This document shows positions 50,996 through 63,945 of a DNA stretch of 64,000 nt, one piece after another. The stretch lies in assembly GCA_053919585.1 (NCBI GenBank), contig CM132797.1; one strand, given 5' to 3'. Under the pieces are notes generated by a model. The model ran no database searches, was not told where the DNA came from, and saw only the letters and a list, made by a program, of their open reading frames with translations. The first letter of the stretch is position 1. The number at the start of each line of letters is the position of its first letter. The DNA is from Euprymna scolopes (lineage: Eukaryota). Position numbers and translations under genes: made by a program.

Positions 50996-51492
50996 AATCT
51001 CCCTGTTTTACCGGTGGGATGAAAGTGTCAACAAGATAATCCATACAGGAAAGGATCAAAATTGTGAAAGTTTACTTCGCGACGGAATCGGTTGTCTAAT
51101 GTCAACGAGGGTTTGAGAGAGAATTTCCAGGGACAAACATCACAACCAGACTCCAAATGGAGTAAGTAACATCCGGACAATTTCAGGGAAATGATAAGCG
51201 TTTAAGAAGTGGTCGGTCAAGCTCATTCAAGACGAAAAATAACACCGCTATAATGAGACGTTTGAAGAGTTATTACAAATTTCAATGAGGGAGTAACCAC
51301 TGTGATTCAGATCCAAGATTGGGTACATCATAAAGTATTGAGCTGTGCTCACAAAATAGTGGCATACGGGGTAAAACAAATGCGACTCAAAATTTACATG
51401 TTTATATAGCATGTCGATGAAAATGATTTGAAAGTTTTTTTTTCATTAATGCTGCTTTATTACAAATACTTACATATTTTTGGACCACATTG

Positions 51493-52427
51493 TACGAGGC
51501 GTTTTCAGTAATTTCCAGACTTTGGGGTATAGCCATTTAAAATTGTCTTAGACTCTTGAAAGTTGAGTATTTTATGTCTAAACATCATATGAAAAGACTG
51601 ACCTATTTTTATAATTTAAGATTCAAATGAACAACTACAGCAGGAATTGGAATACACCCTACTAAAGCCTGATTATCACAGCTGGTGAATTTCAAAAATG
51701 CAATTTAGACGTGAAGATACTTTTAAAGAACGATATGCAATAAAATGTCGTTTTAAACTTGAACAAAATGCCACAGAAATATATGAAATACTTCAGTGCT
51801 TTTGGACCATCTTGCATGAATCTAGCATAGTTTTTAAATGGCATAAGAGATTCAAGGAAGGCGGAGAGTTTGTGAGAGATGACGAGGAGTGGGAGAGGAG
51901 TAAGGAAGTCAGAACATCAGAGTTTATTGGCTAAATAAAATATTTCATGGATAAAGACCGCCATGTGTCTATAGAGACAATAAGTGTACAGTTTGATGTC
52001 AGTGTGGGAACTGTACACACAATTATTCGCGAGGAACTGAAGATGCGGAAGATTTACGCAAAGTTTGTCCTAAGGATGCTCCATCTTTGTCGCAAACTAT
52101 TAAATCAAGATGGACATCAAAAGAGTGCCTCACACTCCCTATAGCCCAGACATTGCTCCATGTGACTTTTAGTTATTCCCTAAGCTCAAGGAAAACCTTA
52201 GAAACTGTTGTTATGAGACGAGAGGAGATGAAAGAGGCTGTGATGAGGGTCATTGACACGTTCACCCAAGAAGACTTCATAGAGGCTTTCCAGAAGTCGT
52301 TGGAACCACACAGCAAGTGCATTGCTGTTTGAGGAGATTACTTCGAAGGGGACTAGAGTTGATGTGCGTACTATCAGTAAAAGTGGCTATACAAAAAAGT
52401 CTTGAAACGTATTGAAGGCACTGCGTA
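51493..52427 (+). mobile_element. Internally deleted mariner transposon
   Basis: TA-flanked imperfect TIRs; ERYAIK, WHKRFKEG, KFV.RML and YSPD.APCDF motifs with the central DDD part missing. Confidence 0.88.
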
Positions 52428-52949
52428 CATAAATGTGTATATATAAATAATTGTTCTTCTTCCTTACAGACACGGTTCTTTGTCCTTTTTTGGCTAGACA
52501 TTGATGAACAGCAATGTATGAACTTCGAAGTTCGAACCAGGGGCCTTTAATTACCACCGATTGTGAAAGTCCAATATCGTTGCATCTTGGATAATTTGCT
52601 TGTTGGTGGGATACAGAAAAATATTTTTCTTAAAATAAAATAAAAACTACATTTCATTCCAAACAGAGAATCTAATTATTGGAACAACAACGCAAATTAT
52701 TCTTTTAATAAAAGAACATTTTTGAAATAATCACTAGACTATTTAATACTGAAATACAATATTTATCGTGTATAATTCATTCAATAGGAAGCACTAGGTT
52801 ACCCATAATTGAGAGTAAGTGAAGGCTGATACTGTTCTCAATCGGATTAATGTGCCATTGAACTTTATTGATAAAAGTACATTTGGACTCGGTTGTCGTA
52901 ATATGTGGATGCGATTTATAAAAATAGAATTAGAATAATGAATTTCAAA

Positions 52950-53706
52950 GTAGAGAAATACCTTGAGATACGAATGCACTAAGATATGAGTTTTTCAAAT
53001 ACAATGATACATTGTATATATACTTTCGTCCTAAGATACAATTTTTTTGAGATACGATTTAAAAAATTACGCGATGTCAACAAATTTAAAAATGAAAAGC
53101 CAAAAAAATAAGACAAAAGAAAAAGCCCCCAAAAGTACAAAAAATAAAACCATAAAAAAGTGTGTTTGTGTGTGTGTATCCTAGGTTAGGATAGGCTATG
53201 TTCTCAGTCATCTCTCTGTGCTTTATTCTCCTTCTAACTCATCTTTGTTAACTTCTCATCCCTGTTTCCATAGTAAGTTGGTTGCAATTTTATAATTTTT
53301 TTCTTCACCATTTCTATTACATTAAGATTTAAATATGAAGCATTTAGTAAGTTAATTCATCATCTGTAATTATGCATAATCTTATCCCTTTTAGTTACGA
53401 ATTCTTTTAGTTACCAAATCCTTTTCTTTGCATACATTCACTGCGATAGCACTCGACTGGCGGTGAGAAAAACTCTATTTGTTATTGCTTTTATTAACAT
53501 TATTATGAATCAATTTCCGTGCTATTAGTGTTTTATTTATCTTTCTTTAGTGATTGTCGAGTGTAATTTGAGCATAATTTGAGTTAGAACAGATAAATTC
53601 TGTTTCTTTTAATTCAAATAGGAATAATTATTTTGAGATACGATTTTTTCGAGATACGTCAGTAGTCAAGGAAAAAATTGAATTCTTATTTCAATGGTAT
53701 TACTGT
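52950..53706. mobile_element. pogo/Tigger-type MITE
   Basis: Left end ataccttgagatacga, right end tcaatggtattactg-ta, with repeated gagatacg subterminal motifs. Confidence 0.6.
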
Positions 53707-53907
53707 ATGATTAAAATTACGTAAAGTGTAATTTCTTCCAATTAAAAGTTGAGTGAGAGCTACGTTTCCCGACAGTTACATCACAAACAAGAAGCCACGC
53801 TAGTCTAACCTGGTGAATGGACAACAAAAATGTTTTACTGAATCAACAGGAGAAAGCCGTTAGGTTTTATGATATAGCCCTCTTCCGACCGAATGGAGGG
53901 CTGTTGG

Positions 53908-53978
<71 letters not shown>

Positions 53979-54243
53979 TTAAAGGAGATTAGAATAATAG
54001 TCTAAAGAGCTAAGTGTATTTTAATGTAATAGTGAAATTACTAGTTTAATTAAAATACAGGAAATGCTCGTTGTAATTTAGATATATAATAAGCTCGATA
54101 GTTAAATGTCCTAGAGCTAATTTAATATTAAGTAATGTGATTTATAATTTAAAAATTAAAAAAAAATTTTTTTAATTTAAAAATCAAATTTTAATACAAT
54201 GAAAAAATCAGTTTCATAAGAAGGAACAACAACAAAGTCAATT

Positions 54244-54354
54244 ATCTGTACGATCGTTTCGGAAATCCGTGCTTTTTATTTGTGGTATACATGAAGTCAC
54301 GTAGAACAATTATACATAGTTTTTTTGGTAAGCACGGTCTCCTCATCAGCAAAT
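54244..54354 (-). ncRNA. Type I hammerhead ribozyme with an extended stem II
   Basis: Minus strand reads atttg CTGATGA ggaga-ccgtgctt [about 55-nt loop] aagcacgg-a-tttcc GAAAC gatc GTA cagat. Confidence 0.8.
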
Positions 54355-55616
54355 TTAGGAGGATTTCTATTGAATTGAAAAGACACCAAAAATAAACCTA
54401 GCATTAAAAGTAAGGCAGATGAATAAAATAAAAGTAATGGCAGATCAATAAAATAAAAAGCTATAGCAAACATCTAAATGACTACTTTAAACACAGTTCC
54501 TGATTTCAAAAAAAGAAAAACTAAACGATTCATCTGCATTTAATTAAATCACGTGTTTTTGTAGTTTCAAATGCACGTTCTATGTGTAAGTTCAACATTT
54601 ACAAAGGTTAAACATAATTGTCATATCTCAAGTAGTAAGCATAAAATGCGAATAATTTTGATTACAATAAAGTTGATTGCGCCAGGGCGAAGAGTACAAT
54701 GTCTAATCAAGATTAGCCTTACACATTGATAAAATAGATACTATTTATAAATCAAATGTAATTAGGATTATTCAGATACTATTCTCACAATATTTCGATT
54801 GGTGTGATCTCCGGCCTTCTTCACGTACATTTTGTTAAACGCAGGAACATTTATATCGAACTTGAGAATTTTTACGAAATTTTAAATGGAACTCTTTATT
54901 TAATCCTCATGAGTAACTTGCTGCAGTTCCGTCAGCCATGACCGGGTAAATGTGTTAACTAATTCGTAATTGTATTCTTAGTATCGCCCGTACTGAGGCT
55001 TGAAATCCGTAGTATACTGTCATCTAGATCGCTGATTATCCGTAGCGCAATGGATATTTCTTAGATGAGAACAGCGTTCCGAATGACCCAAATAATACAC
55101 ATCAATTCTCATCTCAAAATCAATAATTCAAATACTGTAGTGTTTGAATATATGGTTAAGTGGCAGTTTTAGTAATTTAGAACTGCTTTAAAGCTTCACC
55201 GCTCACTCATTTTTCAATCAAATTACAAACAATTATTACAGTTCTTCTCAGCTATATTGTGAAAAAAATATTTCAATTTTCCTTCAGTAAAACAAAAGTT
55301 ATAATGAATTTTCTAACGTTCAAAATCGTAAAAATAAGTAAGGAGGTGAGTGACGTTTATTATGACTGGTGTCCATAGTAACCACGTCGCTTCAGCGACT
55401 ACTGTTGCTACTAATTCACTGCTATCGCGGAAGGAGAAGTAACAAGTGAAGCAGAGAAAATGAAAGCATAAAAGAGATATAATTGGGGTATTTTATTGAA
55501 AGCAGACGAGTGTCGTACATTGTTAATACATATGTGTTCATGGGGCGAAAAAATAAGACTGAAATTAAACAAAGAGCAAGTGAATTTACTGGAAGCCTGG
55601 GAAAATCATGAATTAC

Positions 55617-55948
55617 AATAGAAAAATGCGAGCATGAAAAGTAATATCGTTAAGCTTAAACATGGAAAAATAAAGGAGTTGTTAAAACCGGAAAAGAAAC
55701 GGACAAAATATTCTAGTAAAAAATAAAATAAATTTATCACTTAAAATATTGCAGTATTAAGATTTTTTAAATTCCATTTATAACATTATATAATCAATTC
55801 TTAATGCTACAATATTTTAGGTTGTAAATTTATTATATTTTTTACTGGAATATATTGTCCTTTTCTTTTCCAGTTTTAACAACTAGTCCTTTACTTTTCC
55901 ATCTTTAAGCTTAACCATTTTAGTTTTCATGCTCGCATTTTTCTATTG
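55617..55948. mobile_element. About 330-bp palindromic foldback element
   Basis: caatagaaaaatgcgagcatgaaaa pairs with ttttcatgctcgcatttttctattg, and pairing continues to a central loop. Confidence 0.85.
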
Positions 55949-56199
55949 CAATATAATTATATTTTGACTATATTTTTTATATAGAATTGTTTGAGACAAG
56001 GCAAGAAGGTGCTAACAAGAACGATAGATGATTATTGAAAAGACAGAGATACCTATTAGTCTAAAAAAACAGGGCTGTAGGTAAAAGAAAAACAGAGGTC
56101 AAAATAGTAAGTATTTTTTGACGGTGTCTCTCTTTAAAAATCTACTAAAAATCAATTAATTATCTAATCAATACGTAATTTTCATCGATTATTAAGTAA

Positions 56200-56477
56200 A
56201 GTATGAACTTTATAACGGTGTAACTTTTATTCTAAAACCCAAAATAAAATTAATTACATAAAAAAGGCAACAGAAAAAAAGCGTTTTTAATAACAAAATT
56301 GCTCCTGACGACAATCAATGATCGAAAGCGCTTGAGAAAAATGGCTGACAAACAATCACTCCGTAACCTAAAACACAACTTACCAACTGAAACGAGGAAA
56401 AATTCTCGGCATATCGAGAAAATCAAAAGAAAAATAAAGAAGAAAGAAAACTGTCATATTTAATCAAATGTGCTTTA

Positions 56478-56480
<3 letters not shown>
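56200..56480 (+). mobile_element. Penelope-like pseudo-LTR fragment
   Basis: Hammerhead followed by MADKQSLRNLK...ETRKI / IEKIKRKIKK / FNQMCFN, similar to ORF 19874..20185; ends in (TA)n. Confidence 0.7.
56302..56336 (+). ncRNA. Minimal Penelope-type hammerhead ribozyme
   Basis: ctc CTGACGA caatc-aat-gatc GAAA gcgc TT gag, directly before the ATG of a Penelope-like ORF start. Confidence 0.65.
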
Positions 56481-56547
<67 letters not shown>

Positions 56548-56857
56548 TGCACCACGGGAAACAGATGTTTTTAGAACGTGCCTTGCTTTCCTTGAGTAAG
56601 GGATAGGGAGTGAGGAAGATAGTCTTTAAAACCTGCTTAAAATTTTGTTTAAAGAGTTTTGTTTTTCTTAAAAACATCCGNNNNNNNNNNNNNNNNNNNN
56701 NNNNNNNNNNNNNNNNNNNNNNNNNNNNNNNNNNNNNNNNNNNNNNNNNNNNNNNNNNNNNNNNNNNNNNNNNNNNNNNNNNNNNNNNNNNNNNNNNNNN
56801 NNNNNNNNNNNNNNNNNNNNNNNNNNNNNNNNNNNNNNNNNNNNNNNNNNNNNNNNC

Positions 56858-57600
56858 TCCAGAAAACAGAAGCATCTAGGACACGTGTATGCAAGAATAC
56901 AATTAGGACAGTGCTATTGCAGAAAACCGGTTCGTATCACGAATAGTCTGAAATTTGCCAAGAAAAATTTGGAGAAACTTTAAAGTTTGGGGAATGAGAT
57001 ATTTTTGTTAGATGAAACGAAAATTAATTTATTTGGTCGAAATCGTGAAACGCATGTCTGAGTACAGAACAACTCAGCGTTTGACACCCCCCCTCCAAAA
57101 AAAGATTTTTCATACCGTGAAATTTGGAGGTGGGCGTATAATGGTTTGAGGTTATTTCTTTTCAGCCGGCCCTGGAAAAATTGATTCTCAAATATATAGG
57201 GTCATACTGTACGATAATCTTTCGAAGTCTGCAGAGGATTTGACCGTGCTTAATGGTTGGATATCCAAGCAGGACAACGATCCCAAGCACACGATTACGG
57301 CAACTACTACATGATTTCGGGAGAAGTAAATAGAGGTATTAGGATGGACAAGTCAATCAACTGACCTCAACTTAACTGAAAATCTGTGGCAAATGTTGCA
57401 GTTTATTGTACAAAAGAGAGATTCGGGGAATCTGACAGAACTTAAACGAATCTGCCAAGAAGAGTGGGATAAACTTCCAATTAGCATTTGTAACAATTTT
57501 GTAAGGAAGTATCCCAAACGTTTGGAAGCTGTTATGGCGAGTAAAATCCATATTACTAAAAGCTAGTACTATTTTTGTGTATTGGATACTTTTTGAACCC
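56858..57600 (+). mobile_element. Tc1-family transposase remnant
   Basis: FLLDETKINLFG, VKFGGG.IMV, QDNDPKHT and SQSTDLNLTENLW motifs with stops. Confidence 0.88.
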
Positions 57601-58142
57601 TAGATATAACATTTATGTAATTGTCTAGTGAATGCGTAATTATATATGATTTTTGATACGAGATTTGTATTTATCATACAAAAATACATTAGAATAGCAT
57701 TTTGTTATTGTTTTTGTTTCCGTGTAATAAAAATTAATTTTTTGCTTTTTATCGGANNNNNNNNNNNNNNNNNNNNNNNNNNNNNNNNNNNNNNNNNNNN
57801 NNNNNNNNNNNNNNNNNNNNNNNNNNNNNNNNNNNNNNNNNNNNNNNNNNNNNNNNNNNNNNNNNNNNNNNNNNNNNNNNNNNNNNNNNNNNNNNNNNNN
57901 GGAATATATAAAAAAAAACATAAACATTATTCAAGTTTGAACATAAGTTAATTTACTTCAACTGTCTTATAGAAGAGTTTAATGTGATATTTTGAAATTT
58001 AAAAGTAATCAAAATATCTTCAGGGGGCACTTCTTGTCGATTACTAAAAATAGTCTGTGAATATATATATAGTAAAACGTTTCACTTATTATTTGAAAAA
58101 CTTTATAAAACATTTATCTATCTTTCTATTTATTTATCTATC

Positions 58143-58750
58143 AATCTATCTATCTACTATTATATAAAATGGACTTTGTATGTGAGTTCGTTCTCTATTG
58201 ATTCAAAAATGGCTGAGCCGATGTGTTTTAAAGTTCACACGCAGGTACTTGATGTGTCTTATATGGGTTTGGTATCGGAATGCCTCTAATAAAAATCGAT
58301 AATCGAAAAAATCTGATTCAAGAAGTAATTCCGATTTTGATCAAAGCTAACACTTTTATACACCGTCATATCGCAAGTTCGATCGAAAAGTTTTATCACC
58401 GCACAAGCAGAAAGCCTTAACCTATAAAACCGACTGTAGATTATTTTGTAATAGAAAATCGCGTTCGAAAAGAATGGTACTTCATTTTTGTACGTTTAAC
58501 GTTAATTCAAGTGATTATGCAAAAATAATTTAGTGAAATCAATAGTTGGTTCTTTGATAAGACAAGAGCGCGTTCAAAATTAGTGTTTCTGTTAAGATCA
58601 CAATTGAACCATGATACTTGACTTTTGCATTTTAAACTTTAACTGAAGCCATTATTCTGTTATTATTTTAATTTTATAAAATCAGCAGTTGATTCTCTAC
58701 AGTGCAATATAGGCTACAATGTATTGTGCATTAAGTCAATGCATGGAGGC
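58143..58750 (+). mobile_element. Non-autonomous Helitron-like repeat
   Basis: 5' end atctatctactattatataaaat; shares ttgaaccatgatacttg and ctctacagt.caat blocks with 1140-1580. Confidence 0.5.
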
Positions 58751-58769
58751 ATCTGAAGTTGCTTCCAGG

Positions 58770-59300
58770 TACACTGGCAAAGGCTGCTACGAAAAAGGTG
58801 GGTTCTCCTTACCATGCTAGAAGGTAACTCACACCTAAGAGTATCATGTATCTCCACAATATCACTATTCGCAAATACATTAGGCCTCGCATTATCGGCA
58901 AAACTCTAACGCCTGTCCCATCACCGAAATGTGGCATCCTCCCCGTGCATGCTTTACAAGTATTTGAATGGTAAGTGCTCGGACAAACTTAAAGCAATAG
59001 TACCCCCTCGATGTAAATATCCCCGACAAACCAGACAAGCAAAAAACTCCCACCCTACACTGAAGAGATCCCTAGATTCCGTAAAGCTGTCTACTCAAAT
59101 TTATTTTTCTTCGAATTACTAGACTTTGGAATTCCCTCCCATGCGCCTGCTTCCCTGACTGTACTGGCATGCAAAAGTTCAAGTGCAATGTGAATTCATA
59201 TTTCGCTGCACAACTTCCTACATAGTATCCCAGCAAATTTAGTACCTATTAGTAGCCCTTCATGAATTGGTGTCATTGTGTGTTGTTTGGAGTAAATAAA
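58770..59300 (+). mobile_element. CR1/L2-type LINE 3' fragment (family A)
   Basis: aaggctgctacgaaaaaggtgggttc start and the family A tail. Confidence 0.8.
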
Positions 59301-59319
59301 CCGTAAAGAATACAAGATG

Positions 59320-59770
59320 GTGGACTACCACTTGATTGATTGACGAATCAAAGATTTTAGCAAAGAGGATCAGGAGAACTGGCGGGAAAATAAATTAGCA
59401 GGTTAGTTTAATTGATAAAATTTTTGAATACTGGTTCCATGGAGGCAATTTTCCAGCGATCAAAGAAGTACGATTCAGCTAGGTATTTGTTAAAGAGTTT
59501 GAAGAGGACAATAGTTACCTCAGCGGAGTTTTTCTTAATTAGTATAGCAGGAATTAGCTGTTTTTAGAGCTTTTATGATATCATGATCACGAAAAGTGAT
59601 CATTTTCAGATCTACATGTTAGGTTTCTGACCGTATATGGAAAATTGGGTCTCTAAGATTGAGTTGGAGGCTAACTGCGGAGTAAGCAGGTCAGTCTTCT
59701 CGCTTGCCATGCAAGCAACGTCATGTTTGTTGGATATTAAAGTAAATGTTTGTCTATTGTCCATCACAAA
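59320..59770 (-). mobile_element. Old CR1/L2-type RT N-terminal remnant
   Basis: Minus strand reads KLFNKYLAESYFFDRWKIASMEPVFK. Confidence 0.65.
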
Positions 59771-60559
59771 TTTTTAATTTTATTTTTTAAATTCTACGAC
59801 TCTATACGTTTACTGCATATCTTCTACTTGCTCCAGCTATTTAACTCTTACAATTAGCTTCTGTAAACTTCTGTCCATTTGTACTTGACATGTGGTGGAC
59901 GATTTGCGCAATGGTAGCTGCACAAGTTAAAGTGAATCATTAGGGAAAGCGGGGCTTGCCATATAACTTCCGTTTGGGAACATGTTTCACTGCCTTCTTT
60001 GTATCATTCAGTTGTCTCGTCGGCACGATATTTAGCATGGAGAGAAAAGATATTGGTCTAGGGGGCATCTTTGACTTTTTTTTCTCTGATTACTTTCCAA
60101 TCAGCTGTTGTTTCTATATCCATGCAAGTTTGGCACGTAATACAAGTATCATTTTTCACAGTAAGGTTGTTTACATACTCTAAAATCATGAGATCCTCGT
60201 TCCATGTGCTTTAAACATGCCGTATAATTACTTTTAATTTTTGCCATTTATTTTTTATCTTCTTTACCTAGCGGCAATCTAAGATATTGACTAGCTTTTA
60301 TGATGTCGATTTTAGCCTTTTTTTTTTCATTTTTCTTAAATTTTGATCTATCGTTTTGAAACGTTATTCCACAATTCTTAATTCATAATTACGTTTTTTA
60401 AAACTACTATTTAAACATAACTTGAAATTTACATCAAAATCCATTACTTGATTTTAATTCTAGAAAATGTTTAATATTTAAGGTTTAAACTTAACAGTTT
60501 TTAATAAGAAACTGAAATTTAGAGAATGTTGCTGAATGTATGGTTTATGATTATGGGTC

Positions 60560-63446
60560 GACATTAGGGCAAGAACTAGCTAAGCAGGACCTTCTACGCG
60601 AGACTAGCGAGCGTTACGAAGGCCAAGTAGTTAGAGCTAGGCTTAGAAAGATAGGCAACGAAGCAGTCAATTCTGATGCTGACGTGCGCCGTAAGGTTTC
60701 TAGGCGTGGCTCGGACAAATACATTGCGAAAGTCAGACATCCGGATGGACGCACCCTGGAATCGACTCGGGAGATCTGCGAGGGGTTTCGAGAACATTTC
60801 GAGGAGCGTTTTACGCAGCAGCCCGATCTTCCGGTCATTGAGTTTAGCGACTATTTGGCCGACTCTCCCCGCCTCGAGGTGGCTAGAGCGGCTAGTTGCG
60901 AGGGCCGGGTGACGGAGCGGGAGGTCTTTAGTGCGCTGAAGCAGGTCAGCTGTGACAGATCGCCAGGACTTGATAGTCTGCCATACGAACTGTACTTGAG
61001 GCTGTCGCCCATGTTTCTGCCTCTTCTGACGGATATGTTCAACTATTGGTTTGCTTAGGGATCCATCCCAGGGCAGGTAATCAAGGGAGTGATCACATTG
61101 CTGAAGAAAGGTGACTGGCATGGAGGGGAAGAGTTAGACGACTACAGGCCCATAACTCTGCTAAATGCAGAGTTGAAGATTTTGGCCAAGGTCTTGTCCA
61201 ATCGGTTGCAGGTTGTTATCGACGATTTGGTTGAACCGGAACAGAACTACGCTGTGAAGGGGAGATCGATTCAGAACAACTTGCACCTGATCCGCACGAT
61301 CCTAGAGGGGGGAATAGATGAAGATTCAGAAGCCGCGCTGATCAACTTAGATCAGTCCAAAGCTTTCGATAGGGTCGACCATCGTTTTCTGGCATCTGTC
61401 TTAGAGGCCGCCGGTTTTAAACCGGACTTTTGCAAGTGGATCTCCATGGCTGTCGTGCAAGTCAACGGAAAACGCTCGAAACCCTTTGTTATCTCTCGGT
61501 CTGTTCGTCAGGGTTGTCCGCTGTCGCCCCTGCTTTATGTTCTGGCTTTGGAGCCTCTTCTCCGCAAGCTGAGACATGGGGAGGCAAATTCCGCCCTGAG
61601 CGGAATGGCTCTGCCTGGCGGCTCAGCTGCCAAGGTATCCGCGTTCGCCGATGATGTCACGGTCTTCGTGTCAGGCTTCAGAGACATTGAAGTGGTGTCG
61701 GAGGCACTCGCACAGTACAAAAGAATGACGGGGGGGGCAAGATAAACCGCAACAAGTCGATAGGACTGCGGTTGGGCGCCTGGAGTGGCAACGCAAACCT
61801 CCCGGCGCCCTTCAGCTGGACAGATGGCCCGGTCCGGATCCTCGGCATGTGGTTCGGACCGGGTCTCCAGCTTGATAAGAATTGGTTGGAGGTACGGTCA
61901 AAGGTGGAGGCTGCAGTCAATTCGTGGCTTCCTAGGAAACTTTCCTTAAAGGGTAGAGCTGAGGCGTGCGCCACTTGCGTCTTTCCTCTCATCCTTTACC
62001 GACTGGCCGTACTTCCCCTGCCTGCACAACACCTAAAAGCTCTTGTCGAACTCTTGTCCTCGCTCCTTTGGGACAGAGGAAGACACTGGGTGAGCAGACA
62101 GGTCTGTATTCAACGTCCGTGTGAGGGAGGCTTGGGAATGCCGGACTTGAAGTGTCATCGAGATGCTGAGAGGCTGGCCTTCCTGAGCCACTATATGCAG
62201 GATGACCAACCATGGAATCCCATGGTTACTGCCGCCTTCCCCGACCTCGTTCTCGACCCTTCCATCGAGAGCCGTCGCAGGCCGCGGGGAGAATCTGCCT
62301 ACATGAAAGAGTGCCGAGCCGCGCTAAAACGACTACCAAGGTCCAGTGACCTTGTGACTGCTACCCGTAGGGAACTCCACAGGGATCTAGTGAAGGGGGC
62401 CGACGACGACCCGCTATGCGCGCGTTTGGGGTGGCAGCAGAGTGGGATCCGCTCCGCGTGGAGCTGGGCGCCAGGTGCGAGTCATCTGAACAATTCGGAG
62501 TTTTCTCTGACCTGGCGATTGGCCCGAAATGTTCTTCCACTCAACAACATACAATGCAGTTCCGGGTTTTTGGAGTCAACTGATTGTCCCCGTTGTGGGA
62601 CAACGGCCGTAGAAACCACTGATCACGCTTTCTTCGATTGCCACGAACTCCGCCAGTACTGGTCGTATGTCAGCGGAGTGACGGCTCGCATCGATCCCGA
62701 GCATCCTCGCCCAATTACTGTTTCCAATGTTGTAGACAACGTGAGGCCGCCGTGGGACCGGGAAAGACAAATGGTCTACGTTACGATCCTGGCCGTGGCG
62801 AGAATGGTGATTTGGACGTCGCGTCTGCAAGGTTGCCGGGGGGTGTTGTCTTTTTCTGATCAAGATCTGATCGCTTTCTTTAAACACCAACTACGGATGA
62901 AGATCAGATGTGATAGAAGAAGACTGCATCGCGCGGCATTTGACAGAAGATGGATACATGTGGCAAGTCTGTGTGTATGAAGAGGAGCCAAATTTGAATA
63001 CGTGTTCCCCGCCTAGGTGTTGAACGCGCAGTTCTGTAAAGTAAAATTAAACAAGTAGCCTCAGCTAGCTGAGTGTGTGTTCCATCCCTTCCCGATTAGG
63101 AAGCCTCCAACATCCCCATCCTCTCTTACCTGCAGTTTTTGTTTTCACCCCTTCATCTAAATTTTACCCATCTTGGAGAGAAAGAAATACAAACTAACCC
63201 CCATCCCTTACCCACAAAATTTTCTTTTCTCCATTCACCCCCATCTAGAGGGCATCCCCACCTAGAGACTGATCCGCAGAAGCGAGGTTCCTTTTACAAA
63301 CCTAGTGAAACGGGCAGTCTATCAACTAGGCGGGGTTGGGAGGGTCCTACTAATCACCTTTTGTTTTTTCTTCCTCCGCCCTCGACACAAATGAATTATT
63401 GTACCATTTTATTGTTATCTGTTTTTGTTTTTACACATCAATAAAA
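60560..63446 (+). mobile_element. Tx1-clade (L1 group) non-LTR retrotransposon, 5'-truncated ORF2 (RT plus C-terminal zinc finger) and 3' UTR
   Basis: SPGLDSLPYE, DYRPITLLN, LDQSKAFDRVDH, RQGCPLSPLLY, AFADD, GGLGMP and CPRCG..ETTDHAFFDC; few lesions; AATAAA at 63440; much more GC-rich than its flanks. Confidence 0.92.
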
Positions 63447-63680
63447 GATGTTTTAAAAACTGGGAGTTAAGTAGGACGTCCCCCAATATGAAAGGGTGAA
63501 AGCGGTATTATGGTGAAAGAAGATACTAGCTGGGAGAAACTTTTGACTTTGTTTAGTTCTGGAGTGACAAGGATGACCAACGACCCCCACAATCCCCCCT
63601 TTGAGTTGGCCATGTGCCTAAGTTTTTTGTTCATCGTTGATTTTGACTGTATTTTTAACATGAATAAAAGATTTAATATC

Positions 63681-63700
63681 TCAAAGTGTAGTATCTGTTC
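63681..63700 (+). pseudogene. U2 snRNA fragment (branch-point recognition region)
   Basis: TCAAAGTGTAGTATCTGTTC matches the conserved invertebrate U2 sequence. Confidence 0.7.
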
Positions 63701-63901
63701 CGGCAGATACTGCAAGCAAAGACCATATATGGGGGTAAACCCCAGATAAAAGACCTTGGTCAATGTAGGGACAACCCTTCATACCAATTGTCACTATCCA
63801 GCTCCCCTACTCCCCGGGGAGTTGGTCCCTATTTCGCCTTCATTCCTCACATTAAAAATCGGCCTTGTGCCTAATATGCTCGGTGGAGGAGCAAATAAAT
63901 A

Positions 63902-63945
63902 CTTGGCTTTCGGGACAAGATCAAAGTGTAGTATCTGTTCTTCAG
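63902..63945 (+). pseudogene. U2 snRNA 5' fragment
   Basis: AAGATCAAAGTGTAGTATCTGTTCTT (63917-63942) is an exact U2 motif, preceded by a decayed stem I; no Sm site or 3' half follows. Confidence 0.85.

Noticed and set aside
54785-54830. Further hammerhead-like motifs (also about 21800-21840 and 11995-12030)
   Set aside because: Core residues are mutated (GTGAAGA, TTGAAGG, CTGTTGA) or stems are unpaired; at most decayed Penelope termini.
59780-60300. Possible LINE ORF1 or zinc-finger remnant on the minus strand
   Set aside because: Too decayed to support a motif call.
44714-60500. Start-codon exon of the Slob-like gene (candidates near 48614, 52478 and 52555)
   Set aside because: None had both a start codon and a phase-0 donor that I could support; the exon may lie in a gap or outside the window.
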